This document shows, piece by piece, positions 19,058 through 37,619 of a stretch of DNA of 41,624 nt. The notes under the pieces are model-generated. The model searched no databases. It was not told the origin of the DNA and saw only the letters and a program-made list of their open reading frames with translations. A program made the translations under genes and the position numbers. The stretch is from Emiliania huxleyi CCMP1516 (lineage: Eukaryota): NCBI RefSeq assembly GCF_000372725.1, contig NW_005201277.1, forward strand, positions 373,623-415,246, read 5' to 3'. How positions within the stretch are numbered: the stretch's first letter is position 1; each line of letters begins with the position of its first letter.

Positions 19058-22000
19058 TCACCCAACACGTCCGCCGCGTCCACCGCGTCCGCCACGCCCG
19101 CCTCGGCCACCCCGCCCACCCCGCCCACCCCGCCCGCCTCGCCCCCCTCGCCCACCGACCGCCGCCGTGACGCCCACGGGCTGAGCCTGGGGCACGGTGC
19201 GCGATGGCGGCTGGTGGACAAACGTCGTCTGCGCCGCAACATGCGCTCCGACTGCGGCGATGGGCAGCGCCGGCTGGCGGCAGGCCGGGCAGTTGCTGTC
19301 GCGCTCCAGCACGCGCGGCGCACATGTCCCGCAATACAGAGCGTGGCCGCACGCGAAACGGACCGAGCGCGGCGCGTCCCAGCAGAGGTCACACAGGCGC
19401 TCCTCGGCCCCAGCCGTCTCCTCCACCTCCCCCGCCGCTTCGACTAGCGCCTCCAGCCGCGGCAGTGCGTCTGCGAGCGGCATTCGCTTTCTCTTGCGCT
19501 CGTATGCTAGCCCGACCACCAGCCGTGTCAGCTCCTCGGCCTGCGCCGCCGACCAGCCCGCGTCGGCCGCCGCGATGCCCTCCGCCGTGTCGGGCTCCTC
19601 CAGCGCATAGTCGCACGCGTTGAGCAAGCCGACGGCGCCGCGGCCGGTCAGGCTGACGAGCAGCGTGATGCCGAGCGCGAAACCGTCAGTCAGCTGCGAA
19701 GCCTGGTTGTCCAGCGAGATGATCGGGTCCATGTAGCCGGGCTTCCCAAAGATGCGCTGCGTCGACAGGTGCGACACCTGCTGGCTGCTGCCGGCCGTCG
19801 CCTCCGCCGCGCGCGCGAGTCCCACGTCGGCGAGGAATCCATTGCCGCGCTCGTCGAGCAGGATGTTGCCCGCCGAGACGTCGCGGTGCAGGATCATGGG
19901 CGAGAGCGTGTGCAAGTAGTGCAGCGCGCTCGCCGCGTCGCGCAGCACGCGGAGCCGTGCGGCGGAGGAGAGCGGCGGAGGCGGCGTCTCGAAGCCGAGC
20001 ATGCGGAGCCGCTGCAGTGCAGCTGGAGTGCGGTAGATACGGTCCTCGAGGCTGCCGCCGCGGCAGAGGGGGTAGACGAGGCAAGCTCTCGCCGGTGCCA
20101 AGCAGACGCCGAGCAGAGGGAGGAGGGACGGGTGGCACGCCGCGCTGAGCGTGCGCACCTCGCTCTGCAGCTCGGCGAGGCCTTGTGCGCCGACACCGAC
20201 CAGCGCCGTCTTGACGGCGAACCCGCAAGCGACACGCGGCAGCGACGGCAGCGCGTCGCAGCGGTAGACGCGCCCGAAACCGCCCTCGCCCACCTTGCGC
20301 GCCTCGGCAAAGCCGTCGGTCGCCGCGATGAGCTCGTCGAGAGGGACGGCGGCGGGCGGCGCGGCGGCGGCGGCGAGGGCGGCGACACTCGCCGCCGCCG
20401 ACGCTGCCGCCGCCGCCGCCGCCGCCGCCGCCTCCGCTGCCGCTGCCTCTTGAGCCTCCGCCGCCGCCACGGCCGCCACTGCCGCCTCTACAGCCGCCGC
20501 CTCCGCCGCTGCCGCCGCCGCCGCCTCCGCCGCCGCCGCCGCCGCCGCCTCCGCTTCCGCCCTCTCCCTCGCTTCTTCCCTCTCCCTTGCCGCCTCCTCC
20601 CTTGCCTTCGCCTCTGCCTCCTCCCTTGCCCGCGCCGCCGCATCCGCTTCCTCCGATGCCCGCGCCGCCCGCGCCTCCGCAGCTGCTTCAGCCGCCCGCG
20701 CCTCGTCAGCCGCCCGCGCCTCCTCCGCCGCCCGCGCCTCCTCCGCCGCCCGCGCCGCCGCCTCCGCCTGCTTCGCCGCCGCCTTCTCCTCCTTCTGCCG
20801 CTGCCGCTTCAGCGCCCTGGCCTCGCGGGCCTTTCGCTCCGCCAGCTCGTCGCGCAGCCGCCGCGCCGCCCGCAACGCCTCTGAGCCGTCGGCGACGTCG
20901 ACGTTCGCGTTGATCGCCGCCCTGAGCGCCTCGAGATTGGCGTCGCCTCGGCCGCACGCCTCCACCGCCTCGCGCAGCGCCGCCTCGGCAGCATCGCGCG
21001 CCTCCGCAGCCTCCGCAGCCACTGCCACCTCGCGTGCGGCCGCCGCGGCCTGTTCGGCTGATTCTGCGACCGCCGTCTCCCCCTCCGCCGCTGCTGCGGT
21101 CGACGAGTGCTCCTCGAGGGCGCGCACGCACTCGGCGTGGCCCATCTCCTTGGCCAGCCGCAGCGCCGTCTGGCCTCTCGTACTGCGCACCGCGGTGTCT
21201 GCGCCCGCCCGGAGCAAGCGCCGCACGACGGCGGGGCGGTTCAAGAGGGCAGCGGCCATCAGCGCGGTGACGCCCTTGCTGCTCTGCAAGTTGACCTCCG
21301 CGCCGTGCCGAATCAGCAGCTCGACCACCCGCTCGTAGCCGGCGGCAGCTATCAGCGCGGTGCAGCCGATGCCGTTCTGCAGGCTGATCTCCGCGCCGTG
21401 CCGAATCAGCAGCTCGACCACCCGCTCGTGGCCGCTGTAGGCGGCGCCCATCAGTGCGGTCTGATCGTTGCTGTCCTGCAGGTTGACCTCCGCGCCGTGC
21501 CGCAGCAGCAGCTCGACCACCCGCTCGTGGCCGTGGAGGGCGGCGCCCATCAGCAGCGTGAGGCCGCTCACGCCGCCTCTCTCGTACGTCGCGTCGGCCC
21601 GCCCGCCGCCCTCAAGCCACTCCAGCACTGCCGCCTCGTCGCCTCGCCGAGCCGCTGTCACGACCTCTTCGGAGACCGCCACCACACCACTCGACGGCCG
21701 CTCCGCCGCAGCGGGCGACAGATTGCCCGGCCGCACCCGCACGCTCTCACCGCCTCCCTCGAGCGCCACCGCGTACCGCCCGCCCTCGAAGCTCTGCGCC
21801 ACGCCCCGCTGCCCGTTCAGCTCGGGGCGGGCAGAGAGGCCGCCGAGTACGACTCGCTGGCCGAGCAGCGGCGCGTCCACCGCTGCCGCTGCCGCTGCCG
21901 CGCCCGAGGAAGCTCCGCCGGAGGAAGCGCCGCCTGCGCCTTCACCGCCGGCTGCTGTCGCCGTGAGCCGTCCCGCCACCACCTCCTGGACGTGCTTCTT

Positions 22001-22801
22001 GAAGGCCTCGACGCACTCGGCGTGGCCCTGTGCCTTGGCCCACTGAAGCGCCGTCATGCCGTCCGGAGCGCGCGCCGCCGTGTCTGCGCCAGCGCGCAGC
22101 AAGCGCCGCACGACGGCGGGGTGGTTGAAGCTGGCGGCGTTCATCAGCGCGGTGCGGCCTTCGCTGTTCTGCAGGTTGAGCTCCGCGCCGTGCTGCAGCA
22201 GCAAGTCGACCACCCGCTCGTGGCCGTTGAAGGCGGCGTTCATCAGCGCGGTGCCGCCGTTGCTGTCCTGCAGGCTGACCTCAGCGCCGTGCCGAATCAG
22301 CAGCTCGACCACCCGCTCGTGGCCGTAGAAGGCGGCGGCCATCAGCGCGGTGCAGCCTCTGCTGCTCTGCAGGTTGATCTCAGCCCCACGCCGGAGCAGC
22401 AGCTCGACCACCCGCTCGCGGCCGTAGTTGGCGGCGGTCATCAGCAGCGTGAAGCCACTCACCTCGCCTCTCTCGTACGTCGCGTCGACCCACCCGCCGC
22501 GATCAAGCCACTCCAGAACCGCCGCCTCCTCGCCTTGCTCCGCCGCTAGCACGATCGCGTCGGAGTAGCTCAGGAAGTACGCCCACGCCAACACATCCCA
22601 CGCAAGATGACCGGGCCGCACCCGCACGCTCTCGCCGCCTCCCTCGAGCGCCACCGCGTACCGCCCGCCCTCGAAGCTCTGCGCCACGCCCAGCTTTCCG
22701 TTCAGCTCGGGGCGGGCAGAGAGGCCGCCGAGCACGACTCGCTTGCCGAGCACCAGCCCGTGGTCGCTTGCCTCTCGTGCATTAGCCCGTCTTGGCACCA
22801 T
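19058..22801 (-). CDS. SH3-like/ankyrin-repeat, coiled-coil, IRAK/RLK-Pelle-type kinase, RING-HC, RGG-tail protein, paralog A (~1247 aa, intronless)
   Basis: ANK repeats TALMxAAxxGHERVVELL..HGAEVNLQ; two LGxRVVLGGLSARPELNG..G......RYAVAL....VRPGNL modules; kinase ELIAATDGF...KVGEGGFGRVY, FAVK, HRDVSAGNILLD, DVGLAR, GKPGYMDP; RING CDLC...CGH...CGTC...CPAC; (RGG)n. Start at MVPRR (22801) is tentative. Confidence 0.88.
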   Translation of the reverse strand: MVPRRANAREASDHGLVLGKRVVLGGLSARPELNGKLGVAQSFEGGRYAVALEGGGESVRVRPGHLAWDVLAWAYFLSYSDAIVLAAEQGEEAAVLEWLDRGGWVDATYERGEVSGFTLLMTAANYGRERVVELLLRRGAEINLQSSRGCTALMAAAFYGHERVVELLIRHGAEVSLQDSNGGTALMNAAFNGHERVVDLLLQHGAELNLQNSEGRTALMNAASFNHPAVVRRLLRAGADTAARAPDGMTALQWAKAQGHAECVEAFKKHVQEVVAGRLTATAAGGEGAGGASSGGASSGAAAAAAAVDAPLLGQRVVLGGLSARPELNGQRGVAQSFEGGRYAVALEGGGESVRVRPGNLSPAAAERPSSGVVAVSEEVVTAARRGDEAAVLEWLEGGGRADATYERGGVSGLTLLMGAALHGHERVVELLLRHGAEVNLQDSNDQTALMGAAYSGHERVVELLIRHGAEISLQNGIGCTALIAAAGYERVVELLIRHGAEVNLQSSKGVTALMAAALLNRPAVVRRLLRAGADTAVRSTRGQTALRLAKEMGHAECVRALEEHSSTAAAAEGETAVAESAEQAAAAAREVAVAAEAAEARDAAEAALREAVEACGRGDANLEALRAAINANVDVADGSEALRAARRLRDELAERKAREARALKRQRQKEEKAAAKQAEAAARAAEEARAAEEARAADEARAAEAAAEARAARASEEADAAARAREEAEAKAREEAAREREEARERAEAEAAAAAAAEAAAAAAAEAAAVEAAVAAVAAAEAQEAAAAEAAAAAAAAAASAAASVAALAAAAAPPAAVPLDELIAATDGFAEARKVGEGGFGRVYRCDALPSLPRVACGFAVKTALVGVGAQGLAELQSEVRTLSAACHPSLLPLLGVCLAPARACLVYPLCRGGSLEDRIYRTPAALQRLRMLGFETPPPPLSSAARLRVLRDAASALHYLHTLSPMILHRDVSAGNILLDERGNGFLADVGLARAAEATAGSSQQVSHLSTQRIFGKPGYMDPIISLDNQASQLTDGFALGITLLVSLTGRGAVGLLNACDYALEEPDTAEGIAAADAGWSAAQAEELTRLVVGLAYERKRKRMPLADALPRLEALVEAAGEVEETAGAEERLCDLCWDAPRSVRFACGHALYCGTCAPRVLERDSNCPACRQPALPIAAVGAHVAAQTTFVHQPPSRTVPQAQPVGVTAAVGGRGGRGGRGGRGGRGGRGGRGGRGGRGGRVG

Positions 22802-23224
22802 TCTTGTTGGGTGCCGTGCGCTTAGGCGCCGTGCGGCGAGTGTTTCTTTTTCTTTCAGTCTCGAAAAGACTTGAGAAAAGGCCAAATTACAAATCGCAAA
22901 CATAGAAACCCAAACACAGGCGGTGATGCAATAAAACGAGGCTGCAGGGGGGGGAGAAGGACAGGGTCCCCACCTGCACGAGCAGGATCTTGTAAGGACG
23001 ATAAGGGAGAGCGAGAGGTAGAGCGGCGCCTCGGCGCCGCTGGAATCGGGCTCGAGGCGGACCATTGTTTTCGGACCCAGCCAGGCTCGGACTGGACACC
23101 AGCGGCGGTAGAGCTCTATGGGGGGGGGAGAGAGAGAGAATGGAGGAAGAATGTTACGAAAAGGCTCCCTCGCAGTTCTCTCTCTTCCCTCGCACGACTG
23201 GGCACGGGACTGGCGCGCACTGGC

Positions 23225-24124
23225 CTGAGGGAGGGTGTAGGAGGATGTAGAGTGCAGAGCACTGAAGAGCTGTAGAGATGTAGAGCGCTCTGGAGCGCTG
23301 TAGAGCTGTAGAGCTCTACATCCGCCGCGTGACGATGCGGGTGCGTTGTAGAGCGATGTAGAGCGCGATTTTGCTGTAGAGTTTGTTGTAGAGGCTCTAC
23401 AGCAGAACCGCCGGGAAGGCAGTGACTCAAAGAGGTCGAGTCGCACTAATGGGGTGTCTCTGAGCTTACTGGAGCTCTGATTGACGGCCCTGACTATCAC
23501 TGACACACAGAGAGTCACTCTGACGGCACACAACACCCTATAACTGCGTCATGACCAGCCTGCCATGCGTCGCCGGTGCTGCATTCATCGCAGTGCTTCT
23601 TTAGCAGGCGGTGGACTGTCGGCGGCGAGGACGGTCGCATTTGCGCGAGGCGAGGCGATCATTCAGACGCGTTGCATGCGCCATGACTATTGACTTGCGC
23701 CAGCGCGTGCGGGAGCTCCTGGCTGAGCGTTGAGTCCAGGCGAGTTGCGCTGGCCACTATATCGCTACGCCGAGCCGAGCTGACGCGCCGAGGCGCCGGC
23801 CAGTCGCAGCCGTGAGGCATGCCACAGCAGCAGAGGCACCTCCCACCCATTGGGCGGGCAGACAGAAGGCCAGGGCAGCACTGGCAAGTGCAACGCGCCT
23901 CATGTCGGAGAGCGACCGGGTGCCTCGTTCGCCGTTATGATGTAGAGTTTGTTGTAGAGATTTCACGTTGTAGAGCGCCTCTACATCGCTCTACAACGCA
24001 CCCGCATCGTCACGCGGCGGATGTAGAGCTCTACAGCTCTACAGCGCTCCAGAGCGCTCTACATCTCTACATCTCTACATCTCTACAGCGCTCTACACTC
24101 TACATCCTCTACACCCTCCCTCAG
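23225..24124. mobile_element. ~900-bp foldback/TIR element with ~140-bp imperfect inverted ends rich in TGTAGAG
   Basis: CTGAGGGAGGGTGTAG...CATCCGCCGCGTGACGATGCGGGTGCGTTGTAGAG (23225-23363) mirrored by ...CTCTACAACGCACCCGCATCGTCACGCGGCGGATG...CTACACCCTCCCTCAG (~23979-24124). No transposase ORF recognised. Confidence 0.8.
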
Positions 24125-24946
24125 TCAGGCACCCTGGCACTAACAAGGAGAGAAGGGGTCCCGTACCATGCGGAATCGACCCTATCCAGTGCTCAAGTGC
24201 TCAAGAGAGAAAGCGGATACAAACACAGAATGTCCCTTGTTGCAACAGTGCAGTGAGGAGTTCAGGCCTGGGCCCGAGCCCCTAGGGCGACAAGACATGC
24301 GCAGGGGGCGGTGAAGCGCGGTGGGGGGGCGAAGTCGAAGACGAGGAGAAAGAGGCTGAGAGTAACTCCGCAGAGCCCGAAGTAACAAAGAAAAAAGAAA
24401 TTAGAAAACAGACCACGCAACCCAAGGATGGGATCGGAGGACGGCACGCCGCCACCACAGACGAACGCAGCTAATCTCTCTTTTCGCCGCGGAGCCGAAA
24501 AACGGGCCCCTAAACAATCGCCTCGGCACCACCTACCACACCCGGGCGTCGCTTTTGAGCGAGGTCGAAGGAACGCCTGCGCAGGGGCCGCAGGGCGGTC
24601 AGTGGTGGGGCGAGGCGGTGCCGGCCGCGGGCCGGGTGCAAGGCGCCAGCCTCGGCGCCGCCTCGGCGCGCCGCACGGGCGCGGGGCGCCTCTGAGCGGG
24701 CCCGAACTGAGGAGCAATGTTTGCTCTGCGGTGGTAGGTGGTGGTAGGTGGTGGGGTGGTTTGACTTTGCCGCGGGGGCAGAGGCCTCCTACTGGTTGCG
24801 CTCTCCTAGTTCTCCTGCTCCTGACAAGGGACAGCGACAGGCTCGCAGCACGGTGGACTCCCTATTCCACGCTCGACTAGCGCGCGAAGGTATTTCTTCT
24901 TTTCGCCGCGAGCCGAAAACGGGCCGAGCAAAACGGGGGGACACAG

Positions 24947-29413
<4,467 letters not shown>

Positions 29414-29895
29414 GGGCGCGGCTGCTCGCGCCGCGGCGCCGCTATATTGGACAGAGGCCAATACACTCGGCGTGTGCGTCTGTGTGAGGGGGGCTGTGTG
29501 CGACGCGTCTTGTGGGGTTCAACCGTCTCGTCTCCGGTCTAGAGTCCCATGTGAGCTGAGTAGACAAGCGGAGGGAGGGTAGGAGGAGAGGAGGAAGGAT
29601 GCTCTTCCAGTACGTCCGTGCCTGTCTATCTTTTGTTGCACATTTCGACATAAACGCTCCCGCGGGCCGCGAAAGGCGCGCCAAGGAAACAGGTCGGGAC
29701 GGCCCAGCCGCCAGCGCCCCAGCCCCCGCAGGGGGCTAAGGTAAGGTAAGGTAAGGTAAACGTCTCCACACACACAAAGTGCAGGGGGCTCAGACGGCAA
29801 TCGGGAGCTCCTGAATTTACCTGGGCCCTAGGCCCCCGACACTCCGCTCCCGCGGCGCAAACTCCAAAACACGTAGCATGCCTCCTCTCCTCTTC

Positions 29896-30102
29896 CTAGT
29901 CCTTCACAATCTTCCGTAGCAGCAAGTAGACGCGCGAGTCGAGCGTCAGCTTTTGCAAGTACCGCGGGTCGCCGCGTAGCCTCATCAGGAGGCCGCCGTA
30001 CGAGATCTGCACTTCGATCGGCGCCTTGATGTTGTCCTGCTTCCACTTGAATATCTTGCCGTACATGGCGTACCTGCGGGCGGAAGGTGCTGAGGGAGCG
30101 AA

Positions 30103-30137
<35 letters not shown>

Positions 30138-30405
30138 GCGGTGGCGCTCACTCGTACGAGTCGAGCAGGGACGGCTTTCCCGACTGATCGTAGACGCCAG
30201 CGTCGGCGGCGCCGTCGAGGTCGAGCGTCGACGTGAGCAGCAGAGCGAAACGCTCCCCTGGTTGCAGGTCGAGCAGGTCCGAGTTGACGTCGAGGTCGAG
30301 CTGCAGCTCGTAGCCCTCCTCGGCCAGCCGGCAGTGGAGCCGGCCGACGTGGTCGAACTTCCTCGAGGTGTCCTTGACCTCGAACAGCTCCTCGAAGAGC
30401 GACAT
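29896..30405 (-). CDS. RPB8: RNA polymerase I/II/III common subunit RPB8 (RPABC3); exons 30152-30405 and 29896-30073, 143 aa
   Basis: MSLFEELFEVKD..KFDHVGRL...LDLDVNS...SLLDSYEYAMYGKIFK...ISYGGLLMRLRGD...LDSRVYLLLRK; GT-AG intron 30074-30151; TAG at 29896-29898. Confidence 0.95.
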
Positions 30406-30567
30406 GCGCCAGACGGCGCGGGCTTGCGCTACCCGGGTAGCACGAGTGGCGGCGTGGCGTACGGAGAGCCTGAGAAAGGAAGAATTCGCGAGTTAGTCAT
30501 GAAAACAAATAAACACTGCCGCGAGAACGGCGCCTAGAAGCGCCCCCCCTATACAAGAGTGAGATAT
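30406..30567. promoter_or_regulatory. Short divergent intergenic region, candidate bidirectional promoter between RPB8 and paralog B
   Basis: 162 bp between oppositely oriented ATGs with an AT-rich patch (GAAAACAAATAAAC). Positional inference only. Confidence 0.4.
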
Positions 30568-34812
<4,245 letters not shown>

Positions 34813-34989
34813 TTTGGGGCTGGCACAGTTCACATGCACATGGCTTTGCATCCGTTTTTGCTTTCGCGTTTCGGATTCGGTGTCCTGGGCCTGGGGGTAT
34901 CGTCTCATGAACTTCTCTCAAAAACACCGAGATGCGCGAGAAAAAACACAGGTTCTCACTCAGTATCTAGATACAGTCTACCGCGAATG

Positions 34990-35528
34990 GAGCAGGCGGA
35001 CATCGCTTCCAGGGAGGGGGGCGTGCTTCTGCTCACACCACATGCTAGGGGGGGGGTCCGACCCCCCCCAGAGGCTTCACCACATGCTAGGGGGGGGGTC
35101 CCGCCCCCCCCAGCACCTTCACCACATGCTAGGGGGGGGGTCGTGGCCGAGGACCCCCCCAGAGACTCGTGGTCAGACCCTCCGGGCCCTTGATTTTACG
35201 CCTCATTTCGCAGCATTTTCGAGGGGGAAATCATCCTTTGGAGCTACATGAGCCTTGAGACTGGTCAGATTCTCCAATATATTGGACTTTCAGCCACGAT
35301 TTCACAACTTTGGGGGCAAAATCGGCTCTCTGGCGGCTATTCCTAGCCCACGAACTGCTGGGGGGTGCCCACCACATGCTAGGGGGGGGTCCGACCCCCC
35401 CCACAGAGGCTTCACCACATGCTAGGGGGGGGGTCCCGACCCCCCCAGCGCCTTCACCACATGCTAGGGGGGGGGTGGAGCGTGAGCAGAAGCACGCCCC
35501 CCTCCCTGGAAGCGATGTCCGCCTGCTC
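34990..35528. mobile_element. 539-bp MITE with perfect 47-bp TIRs and 3-bp ATG target-site duplication (PIF/Harbinger-Tourist-like)
   Basis: GAGCAGGCGGACATCGCTTCCAGGGAGGGGGGCGTGCTTCTGCTCAC at 34990-35036 and its exact reverse complement at 35482-35528; ATG at 34987-89 and 35529-31; six direct CACCACATGCTAG(G)n repeats; empty site in the paralog A flank (~18881-18900). Confidence 0.92.
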
Positions 35529-35972
35529 ATGCCCAAAAGCCCACTCACACAGCTCACATAAACATAAAGCACGCAGCTATGGCACCCTCGAAATTCCCTC
35601 CAACGCGCAAATCCCTCCCAACTCAAAAACGACTCACTGCCGTCGACTCGGTGGGCACAACGATGCGTTCGGTTCGCTCACGCCGCCACGTGTCGGAGTG
35701 AAATGGATGGAACTAGCCATTTAGCGAGTGAAGGTGCGAGCAATCGCACAGAGATGCTACGATTGCGAGGAGTGTCGCTCACAATCCTTCGACTTCTAGG
35801 ATTGCGAGCGAGGAAAGAAAGAAAGAAAGAAAACAGACCCCATGGGCGAACGCGTGTTTTTTCTTCCGGCGCACCTGTGCGAGGGAGTGCGGGGCACTTC
35901 CGAGGGAGTGCACTTCCGGACGCCGCGCCACATCCCACAGCTCTACGGCCAAATCTCTGTACAGCGCCCGCT

Positions 35973-37022
35973 ATGTCCCAGCTGCGCCCACTTTCCCAGA
36001 GGCAGCGCCCACTATCGGGCATCGAGGTGACGACACGCGGCGAGGAAGCGAGCGAGGAGGCGAGCGAATCCACCTGTTCCGGCGCCTCGATGGTGTCGGA
36101 CGACAGCCACGGCCGTCTGGGCGTCGTGAGCACGGCGCTCCTGCTGGTCGCTGACTGTGTCGGCACCGGCGTCCTCGGCCTCCCCGCGGAGGTGGATCTG
36201 CTCGGACCGCTCGGGTTGCTCTTCCTCGCGCTGCAGATCCCCGTCAACGCGTACGTCGGAGGCCTGCTCAACGCGGCCGCCACCCGCGTGGACGACGGGA
36301 CCCGGCCGCAGCAGGGCGGCGCGACGGCAAACATCCTGCAGCTGACGCGCGCGCTCTTCGGCGCCGGCTCGGGCGCCGCTCGGGCGACGGCCGCCGCGTG
36401 GTACCTCAACCTCTTCCTCGTGCTCGGCAACTACCTCGTCGTGATGGGCTCCGCCGTGCAGGCGCTCGCCGGGGGGCTCTGCGCCTACCAGGCGTCGGTC
36501 GTCGCGACCCTGCTTGCGCTCGGCCTGAGCCAGCTGCCCCGCATGCGCGACCTCGGCCAGCTGCCCACCCTCCTCTCGATCGCCACCGTGGTCGGCGTGC
36601 TCGCCATCTGCGTCGCCGCCTCTCGCGCATCGCCGCCGCTTCCGCCACCGCCGCCCGGCGAGGCGACGGGCGGCGGCGCGCCGGCCGGCGGCGGCGCCTT
36701 CTCGCGCGTTCTCCGCGTCGGGTCGGCACTCTCGGGCATCATCTTCGCGATGGGGTCGCAGAAGCTGCTGCTCAACATCCGCGCGGAGATGCGCGAGCCG
36801 GCGAGGGCGGACGCGGCGCTGCGGCTCGCTCTCGCGCTGTACGGCGCCATCTACCTCGCCGTGGTCCTGCTGTGTGGCCCCTCGCCGCCCGGCCTGCTGC
36901 TGGACGCGGTGCCTCTGGGAAATGCGCGCCGGCTCGCGGGTTTCCTGCTCTGGCTGCACGTCGCCGTCTCGTACGCCATCAACTCGCAGGCGCTCTGCTC
37001 GAGCCTCGCGGCGTCCCGCGAC

Positions 37023-37053
<31 letters not shown>

Positions 37054-37619
37054 GCGGCGGAGAGGGAGTCAGGGGTCCGTCGTGCGGCGTCGAGTGGCTG
37101 CTGCTGACGACGGCGGTGACGGCGCTGGCTTGGGTGGTTGCCAACGCGGTCCCGTTCTTCCAGGATTTGGTTGGGCTCATTGGAGGGACGACCCAGGCGA
37201 TCTCCCCATTTCTCTCCCGATATCTCCCCATATCTCCGACTGACATTGGAGGGACGACGCAGGCGCCGCTGACGCTGCTGCTGCCGGCGCTGCTCTATCG
37301 GCGGGCTGCGTGGCCGCTGAACCGGTCGCGCAACACGGGCAGTGCAGCCGTGGTCGTCGTCTCCGCGGCCCTCGTCGCCTACGGCACTCTCGGCGCCGTC
37401 GGCAACATCATCAGCGATTGGCACAACCACGGCACCCCCTTCTCGTGCGCGTTGCCGCCGGCAGCCCCGCCGCCACCGCCGCCGGCCTACCTCGAGCGCT
37501 GGCATCGGCGGGCGCTTCGAGCGCCGCCGGCGCCTCACACGCGAGCCAGGCGCCGCGATACGCTTTTGCGGGCGCAACACAGCGACGTCGTGGGTGACGC
37601 CGATCCGCCCGCAAGCTGA
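35973..37619 (+). CDS. Amino-acid permease (AAAP/Aa_trans family, ProT/GAT-like), one inferred GC-AG intron 37197-37262
   Basis: LLLVADCVGTGVLGLP, LFLVLGNYLVVMG, LSQLPRMRDL, SGIIFAMG...IRAEMREP, LHVAVSYAIN, ANAVPFFQDLVGLIGG...LLLPALLY; multiple hydrophobic helices. Confidence 0.85.

Noticed and set aside
22802..23536. N-terminal 245 aa of the 1492-aa ORF
   Set aside because: Runs through a foldback element and non-coding-looking sequence from a non-ATG start; likely fortuitous open frame.
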